DNA from: a virus
Lineage: Duplodnaviria; Caudoviricetes
Length of the DNA: 41,371 bases
Virus record (IMG/VR): IMGVR_UViG_3300032233_001678
Coordinates: 1 to 41,371 of that record
Strand: one strand, 5' to 3'
Translations under genes and position numbers: made by a program
Notes under the pieces: generated by a model
The model's database searches: none
What the model was told of the DNA's origin: nothing
The model's input: the letters and a program-made list of their open reading frames with translations, nothing else
Shown: positions 9,752 through 18,717 of the stretch, one piece after another
Position numbering within the stretch: position 1 is the first letter of the stretch
Layout: every line of letters starts with the position of its first letter

Positions 9752-10487
9752 AATTATAATATTAAACCAATGTACAACTGAACCTAGATGGCAAAACATA
9801 GATCAATTAGGCCAGAATACCTGGGGAAAAATAAACCACCCAGATGTTAAGATGTTTCATTACTATGGAGCTTTCGACGGCGCTGGTAAACCATATGATA
9901 GATTTTCTAGTATTCCTAATAGAGGTGAAGTTATTACGTTACCTAATAATATTATGGTTTGTGGAGTTGAAGATGTTTTAGGAGACTATTTTGATCCTAG
10001 AGGAGAAAGATATATAATGGCTTTAGAGTACTGTTTGAATAATTTTGAATTTGATTACATATATAGAACTACTTGTACCTCTTATATTGACATATATAAA
10101 ATGTATGATTTCTTTGATAAACTAGAAATAAAAGAAAAATTTTATGATGGTTTAAGAAATATGTATGAATATCAATATCTTTTTACTAGTGGTTATCATG
10201 TGATGTTATCTAGAGATGTTGTTAATGTAATCATTGAACATAAAAACGAATATTTAAAATTAAAATTACCTGAAGACGTAGCAGTGGGTGCTTTACTTAC
10301 ACACATTTTAAAATACGCTAGTTTTGAAAATAATCCTCACCATAATACTAGTGCTACACCCTTAGGTAATAATGGTTTTGATCATAAAAATTATTTAAAT
10401 ACTCCTGTTTTTAATTATAGATTAAATACTAATTTAAGAGAACAGCTTTTAGAAATCCACAATTATTTAGAAGATAATAGAAAATAA
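9744..10487 (+). CDS. putative GT31/galactosyltransferase-like protein (paralog 2)
   Basis: Same motifs as 8948-9751: FDYIYRTTCTSYID, FTSG...LSRDVV, PEDVAVG. Confidence 0.6.
   Translation: MPKIIILNQCTTEPRWQNIDQLGQNTWGKINHPDVKMFHYYGAFDGAGKPYDRFSSIPNRGEVITLPNNIMVCGVEDVLGDYFDPRGERYIMALEYCLNNFEFDYIYRTTCTSYIDIYKMYDFFDKLEIKEKFYDGLRNMYEYQYLFTSGYHVMLSRDVVNVIIEHKNEYLKLKLPEDVAVGALLTHILKYASFENNPHHNTSATPLGNNGFDHKNYLNTPVFNYRLNTNLREQLLEIHNYLEDNRK
10020..10070 (+). repeat. 51-nt exact direct repeat, copy 2
   Basis: Identical to 9242-9292. Confidence 0.95.
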
Positions 10488-10497
10488 AAAATTGAAT

Positions 10498-11061
10498 ATG
10501 AATTTAACTGAATTATATTACTATGATGTAAACCAATACCATAGCGATAAAGGGGTAGATCACGATTATATAAATTTATACTATAACGATGAATTTAATT
10601 CTAAAAAAAATGAATTTTTAAATATTTTAGAAATAGGAATTTGGAATGGAGGAAGTATAAAGTTATGGAATGATTTTTTTTCAAATAGCAAAATTATTGG
10701 ATTAGATGCTTATTTTAAGGATAATACTAATAGTATGTTTGCGAATAATCCTCAAATAACTCTTATGCAACTTGATGCCTATACAGATAGTACTGTTTTA
10801 TTATTTGAAGATAATTATTTTGATTATATTATAGATGATGGTCCCCATACTTTAGAATCTCAAATTCTTTGCATTCAAAAATATTTACCTAAAATAAAAA
10901 GTGGTGGTAAAATAATTATTGAAGATATTCAAAAAATAGAATGGATTGAAGCTTTAGAAAATTGTATAGATAAAAATATAGCAGAAAGCTGGAGAACAAT
11001 AGATATAAGAGAATCTAAAGGAAGATATGATGATATAATATTTGAAGTAACTAAAAAGTAA
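10498..11061 (+). CDS. class I SAM-dependent (sugar O-)methyltransferase
   Basis: SDKG..H.Y, ILEIGIWNGGS, FDYIIDDGPH, GGKIIIEDI. Confidence 0.85.
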   Translation: MNLTELYYYDVNQYHSDKGVDHDYINLYYNDEFNSKKNEFLNILEIGIWNGGSIKLWNDFFSNSKIIGLDAYFKDNTNSMFANNPQITLMQLDAYTDSTVLLFEDNYFDYIIDDGPHTLESQILCIQKYLPKIKSGGKIIIEDIQKIEWIEALENCIDKNIAESWRTIDIRESKGRYDDIIFEVTKK

Positions 11062-11084
11062 GTAACTAAGTAATATTTATTCAC

Positions 11085-11975
11085 ATGCCAATAACATTTT
11101 CAAATATAAGCGGAACAGGTAATTTTACATTAGTAAACAATACTAATAGTGGAAATATCGTTATGTCTGTTTCTGGATCGTTACCTGCTCCTGTTAGTGG
11201 ATCTGTTTTTTCACAAATAGACACTATTATGCCTTATTTAAGAGCAAATAGTGGTAGTTTAAGAAATCCAAATTTCTTTGTTTACTTTTTAGATGGTAAC
11301 GTTCCAAACGGCTTTAACATCAATGATGGAGGTAATGATATGTTTGATGGAGGCAATTATACTGCACCTTGGCTACGTAATAACACTAGCTATATATCAG
11401 GCAATACAATACCAGTACCATCTCCATCTCTAAATTATACTTCTCAATCAGCAACTTTAACTGACACTAACTTCTACTATGCGGCTTCTGGATATATTCA
11501 GGCTGCAGGTTCGTTTCCTACAGGTCCTCAAAGTGCAATTTATCACCCACTAACAATGATTGGTGCTAGAAGCGGTTCAGGACCTATTGGATTCCAAAAA
11601 GCAGGTAATATTGGAGCTGATGGCGGTGGTTCATTAGTTACTGCTAGTATATATACTGGATCAGTAGTTAACGGATTTACTACTTATGCTTTCTATCGCC
11701 AATCGTTTGGTCAAGCATCTGACCCATCAATATGTGACGTTTATGTATTATTAGGTCATCCAAACTGGGGTTCTGTATTTGATACAGTAGTATCTAGTTC
11801 AGCTGTAGGTACTCAAATTCAAGGTGCTGCTTTATATGCTACTGGTTCATCTAGTGAAATATTAGCAATGACAACATTATTAAGTAGTCCTACATCATCA
11901 GCAATACCATTTAATAATGTTAAAACAGTAGTTGATAACTACATTACATTAGTAAAAACAGTACTTAACTACTAA
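11085..11975 (+). CDS. Ser/Thr/Gly-rich protein, possibly a virion structural or decoration protein
   Basis: Low-charge S/T/G/N-rich composition, DGGNDMFDGGN motif, and its own ATATTTAT upstream motif. Confidence 0.5.
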   Translation: MPITFSNISGTGNFTLVNNTNSGNIVMSVSGSLPAPVSGSVFSQIDTIMPYLRANSGSLRNPNFFVYFLDGNVPNGFNINDGGNDMFDGGNYTAPWLRNNTSYISGNTIPVPSPSLNYTSQSATLTDTNFYYAASGYIQAAGSFPTGPQSAIYHPLTMIGARSGSGPIGFQKAGNIGADGGGSLVTASIYTGSVVNGFTTYAFYRQSFGQASDPSICDVYVLLGHPNWGSVFDTVVSSSAVGTQIQGAALYATGSSSEILAMTTLLSSPTSSAIPFNNVKTVVDNYITLVKTVLNY

Positions 11976-12007
11976 TTTGATTCTGTCAAGATAATATCTT
12001 ATATTTA
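11976..12007 (+). promoter_or_regulatory. Bacteroidota-type promoter for polB
   Basis: TTTG(11976)-N20-TATATTTA(12000), resembling the TTTG-N19-21-TAnnTTTG consensus. Confidence 0.6.
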
Positions 12008-12011
12008 AGGT

Positions 12012-14588
12012 ATGTATCAATCAATATTTTACGAGGGTAAACCCAACTATAAATTCCACTTACGCGACGATAAGAAAGGCTGGACCGAATTCAGCTATAC
12101 TGTACCTCGCTTCGCAATTGATCCTAATGGTGAATACCCAACATTAGATGGTAAACGAGCTAAAGCCGTTACCAAATATGAATGGAATGATAATCATCTA
12201 TACGAGTCTGATATTGACAGACTAACCGCTGTATTAATTGATAAATACAAAGACAGCGATGATGCCCCTGAATGGCAAAATATAGTTTACTTCGATATTG
12301 AGTGTGAAATTGGAGGTGCCTTAACTACAGAATACATTAAAACAGCACCAATGAAGATTACTTCAATCTCATTATATGATGCTACTGCTAAAAAATACTA
12401 CTGTCTAATTCTAGACGAGAAAAATGAATTAACATCTATTGATGAAGAAGATAAGCAGGTAATGCCTTGCTCTAATGAAGAGCAACTATTATCTCTATTC
12501 TTAGACTTATGGGAATCAGTTGATCCAACTATCATTACAGGATGGAATAGTGGGTTCTTTGACGTTCCATACTTATACTATCGTTTATGCAATGTGTTAG
12601 GTAAGGAAGAAGCATCTCGTTTATCTCCTATCCGCAAATTCAAATTTACTGAATGGGATCAAGCTCAACCAATTGAAATTGGAGGTATTAATCATCTTGA
12701 TTACTTATTACTATATAAGAAATATAATCCTAAAAACGAACCATCTTATAAATTAGGAGATATAGGAACTAAATATGTTAATCTAGGTAAGATTGAATAT
12801 GAAGGTAACTTAGATCGTCTATTCAAAGATGATGTGAACAAATATATCGAGTACAATATTCGTGACGTTGAGATTATTATTGAACTAGAAAAGAAATTTA
12901 AATTTATTGAATTAACAGTTGCTATCTGTCATTTATGCCATGTGCCTTATGAAATGATCTACTTATCAACTGTACTAAATGATGGCGCTATATTAACTTA
13001 CTTAAAACGTAACAATATAGTATCACCAAATAAACCAACCACTACTAACCCATCACTTAAAGAAGCATATGAAGAATATGCTGGTGGGTACCTAAAAGAC
13101 CCAGTACCAGGATTATATGAATGGGTTATAGATTTGGACTTTACATCGCTGTATCCGTCCATTATACGCTCGTTAAACATTGGTATTGAGACGTTCGTTG
13201 GACGAATAGTTAATAATGATAAGTACGACAATAACTGGACTATGAATGATCTAAAACAAATGGATCCTGAAGATACAGTTGTAGTTGAACGATTAACTGA
13301 AAAACGTACTACTAATCAAGCACAAGTAAAAGTAGGTACCTTAATCGCTCTGATTGAGGAAAATAACTGGCTAATAGCAGCATCGGGAGCTATGTTTAGA
13401 ATAGATAGACCATCAGTAGTATGTGAAGTATTAACTGATTGGTTTAATAAACGTGTTGAATATAAGAACCTAATGAAGAAAGCCTATAAAGCAGGTGATG
13501 CTGTTAAAGGCGAATTCTATAATAGACGACAACACGCCTATAAAATTAAATTAAATGACGTTTATGGTTGTTATGCTATTAATGGCTGGCGCTATACTGA
13601 TGGTCATAAGATGATATCTAAAGCCATTACATTAACAGGACAGCGTGTAACACAAGAATCAATTAAATTCTGTAATGAGTGGATGAACACACAATTAGGT
13701 ACTGAAGATAAAGACTATGTTGTTACTTCAGATACCGATTCATTATTTATTCAGGTTAAGGACTTAGTATTACAACGTTATCCCGAAACTAAAACTAAGG
13801 ACGAATACATTAAAGCAACATTAGAGATTACTACCGAAATACAGAAAGCAGCAAACGACAATATTGATAAAGTAACTAGAGAATACTTCAACGTTAAGGA
13901 ACGTCCTCACTACTTCGAATTAAAACAGGAAGTAATTATTGAGAGAGGTTACTTTGCAGGTAAACGTCGTTATGCAATGTATATTGTAAATAAGGAAGGT
14001 GTTACTGTTGATGAATTAGATATGAAGGGACTAGACCTAATGAAATCAAATATGACTCCAATGTATTCTAAATTTGGGGAGAAATTGATCCAAGATATTA
14101 TGTTTGGTAAGCCTAAAGCAGAAATCGATCAACAAATAATCGATTTTAAGAAATACGTTAAGGATATTCCTATTGAATTACTAGCTAAACCAACTGGGGT
14201 TAAGAATGTAGAATCATATATTGAGCGTGCTCCTAGAACAGGTGAGATATTTAGTACATTGAAATTAAAATGTCCTATTAATGCTAAAGCAGCTATCCAC
14301 TATAATGATCTACTTAAGTTTAAGAAAGTACATAGACAATATCCATTATTCACTGCTGGTGATAAGATGAAATATATTCAACTTAAAACTAATCCATACA
14401 ATATCGATGTAATAGGATTTACAGGTAATGACCCTGAAGTGATTAATAAGATAATTGAGGAATTTGCTGATAGAGAGGAGGGATTCGAATCAACACTACT
14501 AAATAAATTGAAGAGTATCTATGAGGATCTAGGATGGACATTCCCATCACTAAACGATAAGGTAAATAAATTCTTTAAATTTGTATAG
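12012..14588 (+). CDS. family B DNA polymerase (T4 gp43-like)
   Basis: Exo motifs FDIE and GWNS..FDVPY; polymerase motifs DFTSLYPSI, KIKLNDVYG, SDTDS, KRRYA. Confidence 0.97.
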   Translation: MYQSIFYEGKPNYKFHLRDDKKGWTEFSYTVPRFAIDPNGEYPTLDGKRAKAVTKYEWNDNHLYESDIDRLTAVLIDKYKDSDDAPEWQNIVYFDIECEIGGALTTEYIKTAPMKITSISLYDATAKKYYCLILDEKNELTSIDEEDKQVMPCSNEEQLLSLFLDLWESVDPTIITGWNSGFFDVPYLYYRLCNVLGKEEASRLSPIRKFKFTEWDQAQPIEIGGINHLDYLLLYKKYNPKNEPSYKLGDIGTKYVNLGKIEYEGNLDRLFKDDVNKYIEYNIRDVEIIIELEKKFKFIELTVAICHLCHVPYEMIYLSTVLNDGAILTYLKRNNIVSPNKPTTTNPSLKEAYEEYAGGYLKDPVPGLYEWVIDLDFTSLYPSIIRSLNIGIETFVGRIVNNDKYDNNWTMNDLKQMDPEDTVVVERLTEKRTTNQAQVKVGTLIALIEENNWLIAASGAMFRIDRPSVVCEVLTDWFNKRVEYKNLMKKAYKAGDAVKGEFYNRRQHAYKIKLNDVYGCYAINGWRYTDGHKMISKAITLTGQRVTQESIKFCNEWMNTQLGTEDKDYVVTSDTDSLFIQVKDLVLQRYPETKTKDEYIKATLEITTEIQKAANDNIDKVTREYFNVKERPHYFELKQEVIIERGYFAGKRRYAMYIVNKEGVTVDELDMKGLDLMKSNMTPMYSKFGEKLIQDIMFGKPKAEIDQQIIDFKKYVKDIPIELLAKPTGVKNVESYIERAPRTGEIFSTLKLKCPINAKAAIHYNDLLKFKKVHRQYPLFTAGDKMKYIQLKTNPYNIDVIGFTGNDPEVINKIIEEFADREEGFESTLLNKLKSIYEDLGWTFPSLNDKVNKFFKFV

Positions 14589-14611
14589 GCCAAATAATAA
14601 TCATACATTCA
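14580..14611 (+). promoter_or_regulatory. Bacteroidota-type promoter
   Basis: TTTG(14580)-N20-TACATTCA(14604). Confidence 0.55.
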
Positions 14612-14615
14612 CGCT

Positions 14616-14954
14616 ATGAATATAATATACGGAATACTCTTTGGGCTATTAGGACAGATAGGCTCATATCTACAATTACAAGGCGCAATGAAACTAGGAT
14701 GGTTTCCTAAATACTTTTGGCCTGTATTACTTATGAGTGTACCTTTAAGCTGGTTCTACATTAAATCAGTAGAATACTTTGTAGCGGCATTTGATGGTCA
14801 GTTATGGCCTAGTCGCTTAATTGGATTTGGCTTAGGTATAATTGTATTTAGCATAATGAGTCATTATTTATTTAAAGAACCATTCACACCTAAAACATTA
14901 GTGTGTATAGGATTAGGATTAACAATTATAGGCATTCAAATACTTTGGAAATAA
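14616..14954 (+). CDS. small 4-TM membrane protein (DMT/SMR-like topology)
   Basis: Four hydrophobic segments and a C-terminal ..LFKEP.T.K pattern. Confidence 0.6.
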   Translation: MNIIYGILFGLLGQIGSYLQLQGAMKLGWFPKYFWPVLLMSVPLSWFYIKSVEYFVAAFDGQLWPSRLIGFGLGIIVFSIMSHYLFKEPFTPKTLVCIGLGLTIIGIQILWK

Positions 14955-14955
14955 T

Positions 14956-15687
14956 ATGGAAAAACAACTACTAACATCAGTTATCGAAAAATATTACTTA
15001 GGTGGTATTCATGATAAAGTAAAATGGACAATTAAAGATAAAAAAGTACAAGTACTATTTACATCACAAACAAAAGACTTAGCAGGTTCAATCGAAGCGC
15101 CTGAGTTTGATATTGATGATTGTACTTTAGGTATTTATGATACAAATAAATTACTTAAACTAGTAAACATCACAAACCAGTTCCTTCAATTAGAAGTTGA
15201 AACTAAAAACGGCACATCAACTAAATTATCTATTGCAGATAACGAATATGATTTAGTTTATCACTTAGCCGATTTAAGAATGATGCCTACCGAAACAATG
15301 GTATTAGATGAAACACAAATCTCATTTGATTATTCATTTGGTATTGATAATGACTTTATTGAGCGTTATAATAAAGCTAAAAAAGCATTAGGTAGCGACG
15401 AAGTAAAAGTACAAGCATTAATTAATGACAGTGGCGATAAAGGTATTTATTTTACAATTGGTGGTAAAACATCACACGACAATAAAGTAGCATTTCAAAC
15501 TAGCACATCTACATTTGAAATACCATCTCCAGAGTTCCTATACAATGCAGATTATCTATTAGAGATATTTGCTAATAATAAGGGAGCGAATGGAACAGGT
15601 TATTTTGATGAGAATGGAATATTGAAATTAGAATTTATCGACGAAAAAGAGATCAAAGCCTTATATTATCTTCCACCGAAGAACTAA
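14956..15687 (+). CDS. DNA polymerase sliding clamp (gp45-like)
   Basis: 243 aa, acidic and beta-rich, with a GIYD...LL motif, lying between polB and the clamp loader. Confidence 0.7.
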   Translation: MEKQLLTSVIEKYYLGGIHDKVKWTIKDKKVQVLFTSQTKDLAGSIEAPEFDIDDCTLGIYDTNKLLKLVNITNQFLQLEVETKNGTSTKLSIADNEYDLVYHLADLRMMPTETMVLDETQISFDYSFGIDNDFIERYNKAKKALGSDEVKVQALINDSGDKGIYFTIGGKTSHDNKVAFQTSTSTFEIPSPEFLYNADYLLEIFANNKGANGTGYFDENGILKLEFIDEKEIKALYYLPPKN

Positions 15688-15703
15688 TCCGTATATATTT
15701 ATT

Positions 15704-15762
15704 AACGAGATACGACAGGTCTCGTTACGATATATTAATAAACCGCTTACCTTAGGGAAGCA
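15704..15762 (+). promoter_or_regulatory. structured 5' leader of hsp20
   Basis: Hairpin AACGAGA/TCTCGTT (15704-15726) and hairpin GCTT-CC-TTAG-GG-AAGC; 15708-15721 is also complementary to 16236-16249. Confidence 0.55.
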
Positions 15763-15775
15763 CAAAATGTAAAAA

Positions 15776-16219
15776 ATGACACAATTACAACGTTGGGCAA
15801 TGGACCCATTTGACATCGTTTGGAAAAATTTCCTAGATGTAAACTCACAATTCGCAACATTTGAAAACAAAATCAACTATCCCGTTGATATTTACGAAAC
15901 AGAAAACGGTTTACGATTTGAATTAGCCGTAGTAGGTCTCAATCAAGAAGACTTAGACATTCAAGTAGAGGGAGATACCCTTAGAATCACACACGACAGA
16001 AAAGCAGCAGAAGCAGAACGTAACTATATCCAAAGAGGTATAGCTAGACGCTCGTTTGATTTAGCTTACAAAGTAGCAATGAAATTTGATTTAGCTCAAT
16101 TAACAGCTGCTATGGATAAAGGCTTGTTAATTATTGATATTCCTTTATCAGAAGAAAGAGCACCAAAGAAAATTTCAATTAATGCTCCGCTTGAAGTAAA
16201 ACCAAGCAAGAAGAAATAA
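15776..16219 (+). CDS. small heat shock protein Hsp20/IbpA-like
   Basis: NYPVDIYE, ELAVVG, YIQRGIARRSF, GLLIIDIP. Confidence 0.93.
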   Translation: MTQLQRWAMDPFDIVWKNFLDVNSQFATFENKINYPVDIYETENGLRFELAVVGLNQEDLDIQVEGDTLRITHDRKAAEAERNYIQRGIARRSFDLAYKVAMKFDLAQLTAAMDKGLLIIDIPLSEERAPKKISINAPLEVKPSKKK

Positions 16220-16221
16220 GT

Positions 16222-16252
16222 TTTGAAACCTTAAGGACCTGTCGTATCTTTA
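16222..16252 (+). promoter_or_regulatory. Bacteroidota-type promoter for the groES operon
   Basis: TTTG(16222)-N19-TATCTTTA(16245). Confidence 0.55.
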
Positions 16253-16267
16253 TAAAACAAATTTAAT

Positions 16268-16558
16268 ATGAATATAAAACCATTACACAACCACGTTGTG
16301 ATTAAACAGCAAGACGAAACTGAAACAATGTATGGAAACATTGTAGTACCTGACTTAGGTAAAGAAAAACCATTGATGGGGGAAATTATTGCCTCTGGAC
16401 CTGGATTAATTAATTTGAACGGAGTATTAATTCCAAACACTGTGGAAGTGGGTCAGATTGTAATATTTCCTGCATTTGGAGGACAAAAAATTACCGTTGA
16501 CGGTGAAGAGTATGTCGTTTGTAAAGAACAAGATTTAATCGCAATTTTAGAAAAATAA
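16268..16558 (+). CDS. groES: co-chaperonin GroES
   Basis: IKPLHNHVVIK, GNIVVPD..KEKP..G.IIASGPG, EQDLIAIL. Confidence 0.95.
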   Translation: MNIKPLHNHVVIKQQDETETMYGNIVVPDLGKEKPLMGEIIASGPGLINLNGVLIPNTVEVGQIVIFPAFGGQKITVDGEEYVVCKEQDLIAILEK

Positions 16559-16565
16559 AAATACA

Positions 16566-17075
16566 ATGATATTAAACGTAGAACAAAGGATAGAAGAACT
16601 ATCTAACAGTGGGTGCGATATATGCGAACATTTTCCTTTAATGTTAAAATATGGAAAACAATGTGAACACATTACTGAAATGGGAGTAAGAGATGTTGTA
16701 TCAACTTGGGGATGGATTGGATCAAACCCTAAAAAACTAATATGCTATGATATACAGCCATGCTCTGTAGACAATGCTGCTAAGGCATGTGCTGCTTTAG
16801 GAATAGATTTTAGTTTTCATGTAGCCGATACTCGTGAAATTGAAATTGAAGAAACTGACTTATTATTTATTGACACCGAGCATACTTACGATCAAATTCA
16901 AAAAGAATTAGAATTGCATGGTAATAAAGCTAGAAAATTTATCATATTTCATGATACAGCATGGGCTCACGATATGAATAGAGCTATTAAAGAATTTATG
17001 GAAGCTAATCCACATTGGGTAGATGAAGAAGAAGTTACAAATAATCATGGTTTTAAAATTATTAAAAGAAAATAA
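16566..17075 (+). CDS. class I SAM-dependent methyltransferase
   Basis: DICEH, ITEMGVR..VST, DLLFIDTEHTY, FIIFHDT. Confidence 0.8.
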   Translation: MILNVEQRIEELSNSGCDICEHFPLMLKYGKQCEHITEMGVRDVVSTWGWIGSNPKKLICYDIQPCSVDNAAKACAALGIDFSFHVADTREIEIEETDLLFIDTEHTYDQIQKELELHGNKARKFIIFHDTAWAHDMNRAIKEFMEANPHWVDEEEVTNNHGFKIIKRK

Positions 17076-17077
17076 AA

Positions 17078-18697
17078 ATGAGTAAAATAATAAGCTTCGA
17101 TCGTGAAGCAAAAGAAAAACTACAAGCAGGTATTGATAAAGTAAATAAAGCAGTAGCAGTTACAATGGGTCCTTTCGGACGCAATGTATTGATTGAAAAA
17201 GAACACGGACAAGTAGCATCAACTAAAGACGGTGTTACAGTAGCTAAAACCATTACTTTAGAAGATCCAATTGAAAACATGGCTGCTACCGTTATTAAGC
17301 AAGCTGCATCAAAAACAGTTGATCAAGCAGGTGATGGTACAACATCATCAACAGTATTAGCTAATGCTATTGCAACGCAAGCATTAAATGCTACGTCGCA
17401 TGCTTCAACTAATGCAACTCAAATTAAACGTGGTATTGAAGCCGCTGTTAAAGAAGTAGTTGCTGAATTAAAAACAATGTCTGTAGACATTACTAATGAA
17501 GAGCAAATCAAGCAAATTGCCACCTTATCAGCTAATGGTGATACTGAAATTGGAGAATTAGTAGCTACAGCAATTGATAAAGTAGGTCGTGATGGTATTG
17601 TAACTGTAGAGGAATCTCGTTCAGGTGAGACTTCACTTGAGATAGTAGAAGGTTTACAGTTTGATAGAGGTTATAAATCACCTTACATGGTAACAGATAA
17701 TAACTCAATGCAAGCAATATTAACGGATGCCTTAGTATTATTATATGATGGTAAAATCAGTGCTGTAAAGGACTTATTACCAGTATTAGAGCGTGTATCA
17801 TCTGATAATAAATCATTATTAGTTATCGCTGAAGATATTGATGGTGAAGCGTTATCTACTCTTATTGTAAATAAGATGAGAGGTATCTTAAAGGTAGTAG
17901 CTGTTAAAGCTCCTGACTTTGGAGAACGCAGAACATTAATTTTAGAAGACATCGCTGCTGTAACAGGTGGTACTTTAATTTCACCACAAAAAGGTATGAA
18001 ATTAGAACGTTTTAATATGGATTGGTTTGGTAAAGCTAGAACTATTACTGTAGGTAAAGAAACAACTACTATCGTTGATGGTAAAGGAAATACAGATTTA
18101 ATTGATACTCGTATTTCAGAATTAAAAGCTCAAATCGATAATTCAAATTCACCATATGAAGTTGAACGTTTACAAGATCGTTTAGCTAAAATGGTAGGTG
18201 GAGTTGCTATTATCAATGTAGGCGGTGGTACTGAAATTGAGATGAAAGAAAAGAAAGATCGTATTGATGATGCTTTACAAGCTACAAAAGCTGCTTTAGA
18301 AGAAGGTATCGTTCCGGGTGCGGGTATGGCTTTAGTTAATGCTAAGTTCTCTATTACTGATCGCGATAAAACCGATTTTGGTAAAGGTAAACAAATAGTA
18401 TTTCAATCATGTAATACTCCACTTAAACAAATTCTATCTAATGCGGGTGAATCATATAGTGAGTGGTATCTTAAATTATTAAAAGTTACAGATTCAAAGT
18501 CTGTTCCTAATATTAATAATGGAGAAATGGTAGATGCATTTGAAGCAGGTATCATCGATCCAACTAAAGTGGTACGTTGCGCATTAGAAAACGCAGCACA
18601 CGCAGCAATTACATTATTAATGACTGAATGTGTGATCCATGATAAACCATCTGATAAGAAGAAAGACGAAGGTGATATGGCAGGATTTGGAATGTAA
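17078..18697 (+). CDS. groEL: chaperonin GroEL
   Basis: GPFGRNV, TKDGVTVAK, AGDGTTS, GLQFDRGY, GIIDPTKV, and a C-terminal GDMAGFGM. Confidence 0.98.
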   Translation: MSKIISFDREAKEKLQAGIDKVNKAVAVTMGPFGRNVLIEKEHGQVASTKDGVTVAKTITLEDPIENMAATVIKQAASKTVDQAGDGTTSSTVLANAIATQALNATSHASTNATQIKRGIEAAVKEVVAELKTMSVDITNEEQIKQIATLSANGDTEIGELVATAIDKVGRDGIVTVEESRSGETSLEIVEGLQFDRGYKSPYMVTDNNSMQAILTDALVLLYDGKISAVKDLLPVLERVSSDNKSLLVIAEDIDGEALSTLIVNKMRGILKVVAVKAPDFGERRTLILEDIAAVTGGTLISPQKGMKLERFNMDWFGKARTITVGKETTTIVDGKGNTDLIDTRISELKAQIDNSNSPYEVERLQDRLAKMVGGVAIINVGGGTEIEMKEKKDRIDDALQATKAALEEGIVPGAGMALVNAKFSITDRDKTDFGKGKQIVFQSCNTPLKQILSNAGESYSEWYLKLLKVTDSKSVPNINNGEMVDAFEAGIIDPTKVVRCALENAAHAAITLLMTECVIHDKPSDKKKDEGDMAGFGM

Positions 18698-18717
18698 TTT
18701 GAACAAAATAATAAGTT

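Noticed and set aside
12012-14588. Intein or intron in the DNA polymerase
   Set aside because: The length (858 aa) is normal, the motifs are contiguous and no splicing motifs were seen.
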